The position numbers and the translations under genes are program-made. Below are positions 24,043-24,734 of a stretch of 24,734 nucleotides of DNA, piece by piece. Each line of letters opens with the position of its first letter. Position 1 is the first letter of the stretch. This DNA comes from Desulfurococcales archaeon (GTDB lineage Archaea; Thermoproteota; Thermoprotei_A; Sulfolobales; Desulfurococcaceae), in contig WAON01000050.1 of the NCBI GenBank assembly GCA_015521265.1, forward strand, positions 1 to 24,734, written 5' to 3'. The notes beneath the pieces were generated by a model that did not search any database, had not been told where the DNA came from, and saw only the letters and a program-made list of their open reading frames with translations.

Positions 24043-24734
24043 ATGGCGTCTAAAAACACGATCCAGATCCTTATAGGAGGCCCGGCTGGAAGCGGTAATA
24101 TTACAGCCGGACTAGTCCTCGCCCGAGCCCTTCACCATCAAGGATATTATGTGATCGGGGTATCGGAGTATCCAAGCCTTATCCGAGGCGGGCATACAGC
24201 TTACTGGGTTCGAGGAGGCGTCGAGGAAGTATATGAGCTCGAGGATAGAACGGATTATGTCGTAGCCTTCGACCAGGACACAATAGATAAGCATGGATGG
24301 GAGTTTACAGGGGAGACCATACTAGTATACGATACAAAAACAGTCTCAAAACCCCCAAGCCATACAAGAAACATACCATTCCCATTCAGGGAAGTATTGA
24401 GGGAGTACAAGCTTAAACCAATAACTATGAATATGCTCGCAGTAGGAGTTATATCAGCATTAATGGGTATACCGTTGGATATTGTTAAGTGGAGTATTGG
24501 GAAGCAGTTTATTGGGAAGGAGCAGGTTGTGCAGGATAATGTTAAGAGCATGCTGATCGGTTATGAGAAGGCTTCAACGATGAAACAGGAATACGAGCCG
24601 CCTAGGCTTGGAGAACCACCACATAGGCCCCCCAGAGTACTATTAACGGGTAACGAAGCAGTCTCAACGGGTTTCGTAGCAGGCGGTTTACAGTTCTACG
24701 TAGCCTACCCGATGACACCGGCCTCACCTATACT
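24043..24734 (+). CDS. korA: 2-oxoacid:ferredoxin oxidoreductase subunit alpha (gamma-alpha fusion, KorA-like), 3'-truncated by the window edge
   Basis: Manual translation from ATG at 24043 (RBS GGAGGGG at 24028-24034): MASKNTIQILIGGPAGSGNITAG...EYPSLIRGGHT...NMLAVG...LLTGNEAVSTGFVAGGLQFYVAYPMTPASPI. It has the GxxGxG, YxSxIRGG and GNEA...YP(I/M)TPAS motifs. Substrate specificity cannot be inferred. Not in the ORF track. Confidence 0.92.
   Translation, partial: MASKNTIQILIGGPAGSGNITAGLVLARALHHQGYYVIGVSEYPSLIRGGHTAYWVRGGVEEVYELEDRTDYVVAFDQDTIDKHGWEFTGETILVYDTKTVSKPPSHTRNIPFPFREVLREYKLKPITMNMLAVGVISALMGIPLDIVKWSIGKQFIGKEQVVQDNVKSMLIGYEKASTMKQEYEPPRLGEPPHRPPRVLLTGNEAVSTGFVAGGLQFYVAYPMTPASPI

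Noticed and set aside
24112-24551. ORFs 24112..24294(-) and 24255..24551(-)
   Set aside because: They are antisense to the clearly recognisable oxidoreductase alpha-subunit gene starting at 24043.

Overview
Archaeal window, most likely a hyperthermophilic crenarchaeote (Desulfurococcales-like). This is inferred from TATA/BRE promoters, frequent TTG/GTG starts, GGAGG/GGTGA ribosome-binding sites and secreted proteins rich in N-glycosylation sequons. Left end (minus strand): the 5' part of a type III-B CRISPR-Cas (Cmr) operon in the order ORF275(unknown)-cmr4-cmr5-cmr1, which runs off the window. cmr1 is absent from the supplied ORF track, and there is no CRISPR array in the window. Middle (3.5-23.6 kb): four secreted, C-terminally anchored surface proteins arranged as two divergent pairs. 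They are a DOMON/CBM9-like protein with one domain apparently nested inside another, a giant 5361-aa modular adhesin-like protein, and two smaller Ig-like membrane-anchored proteins. Right end: a 100-aa hypothetical gene and the 5' part of a 2-oxoacid:ferredoxin oxidoreductase alpha subunit, also missed by the ORF track. Strongest leads: (i) an unrecognised, translationally coupled first gene of the cmr operon; (ii) antibody-CDR-like variable aromatic loops (PG...GYG) at a fixed position in the giant protein's repeats; (iii) a ~470-aa sequon-free, Lys/Gly-rich beta-strand island in the giant protein; (iv) three related GC-rich motifs upstream of the giant gene that can form two mutually exclusive hairpins. 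All domain calls are by eye, without database searches.
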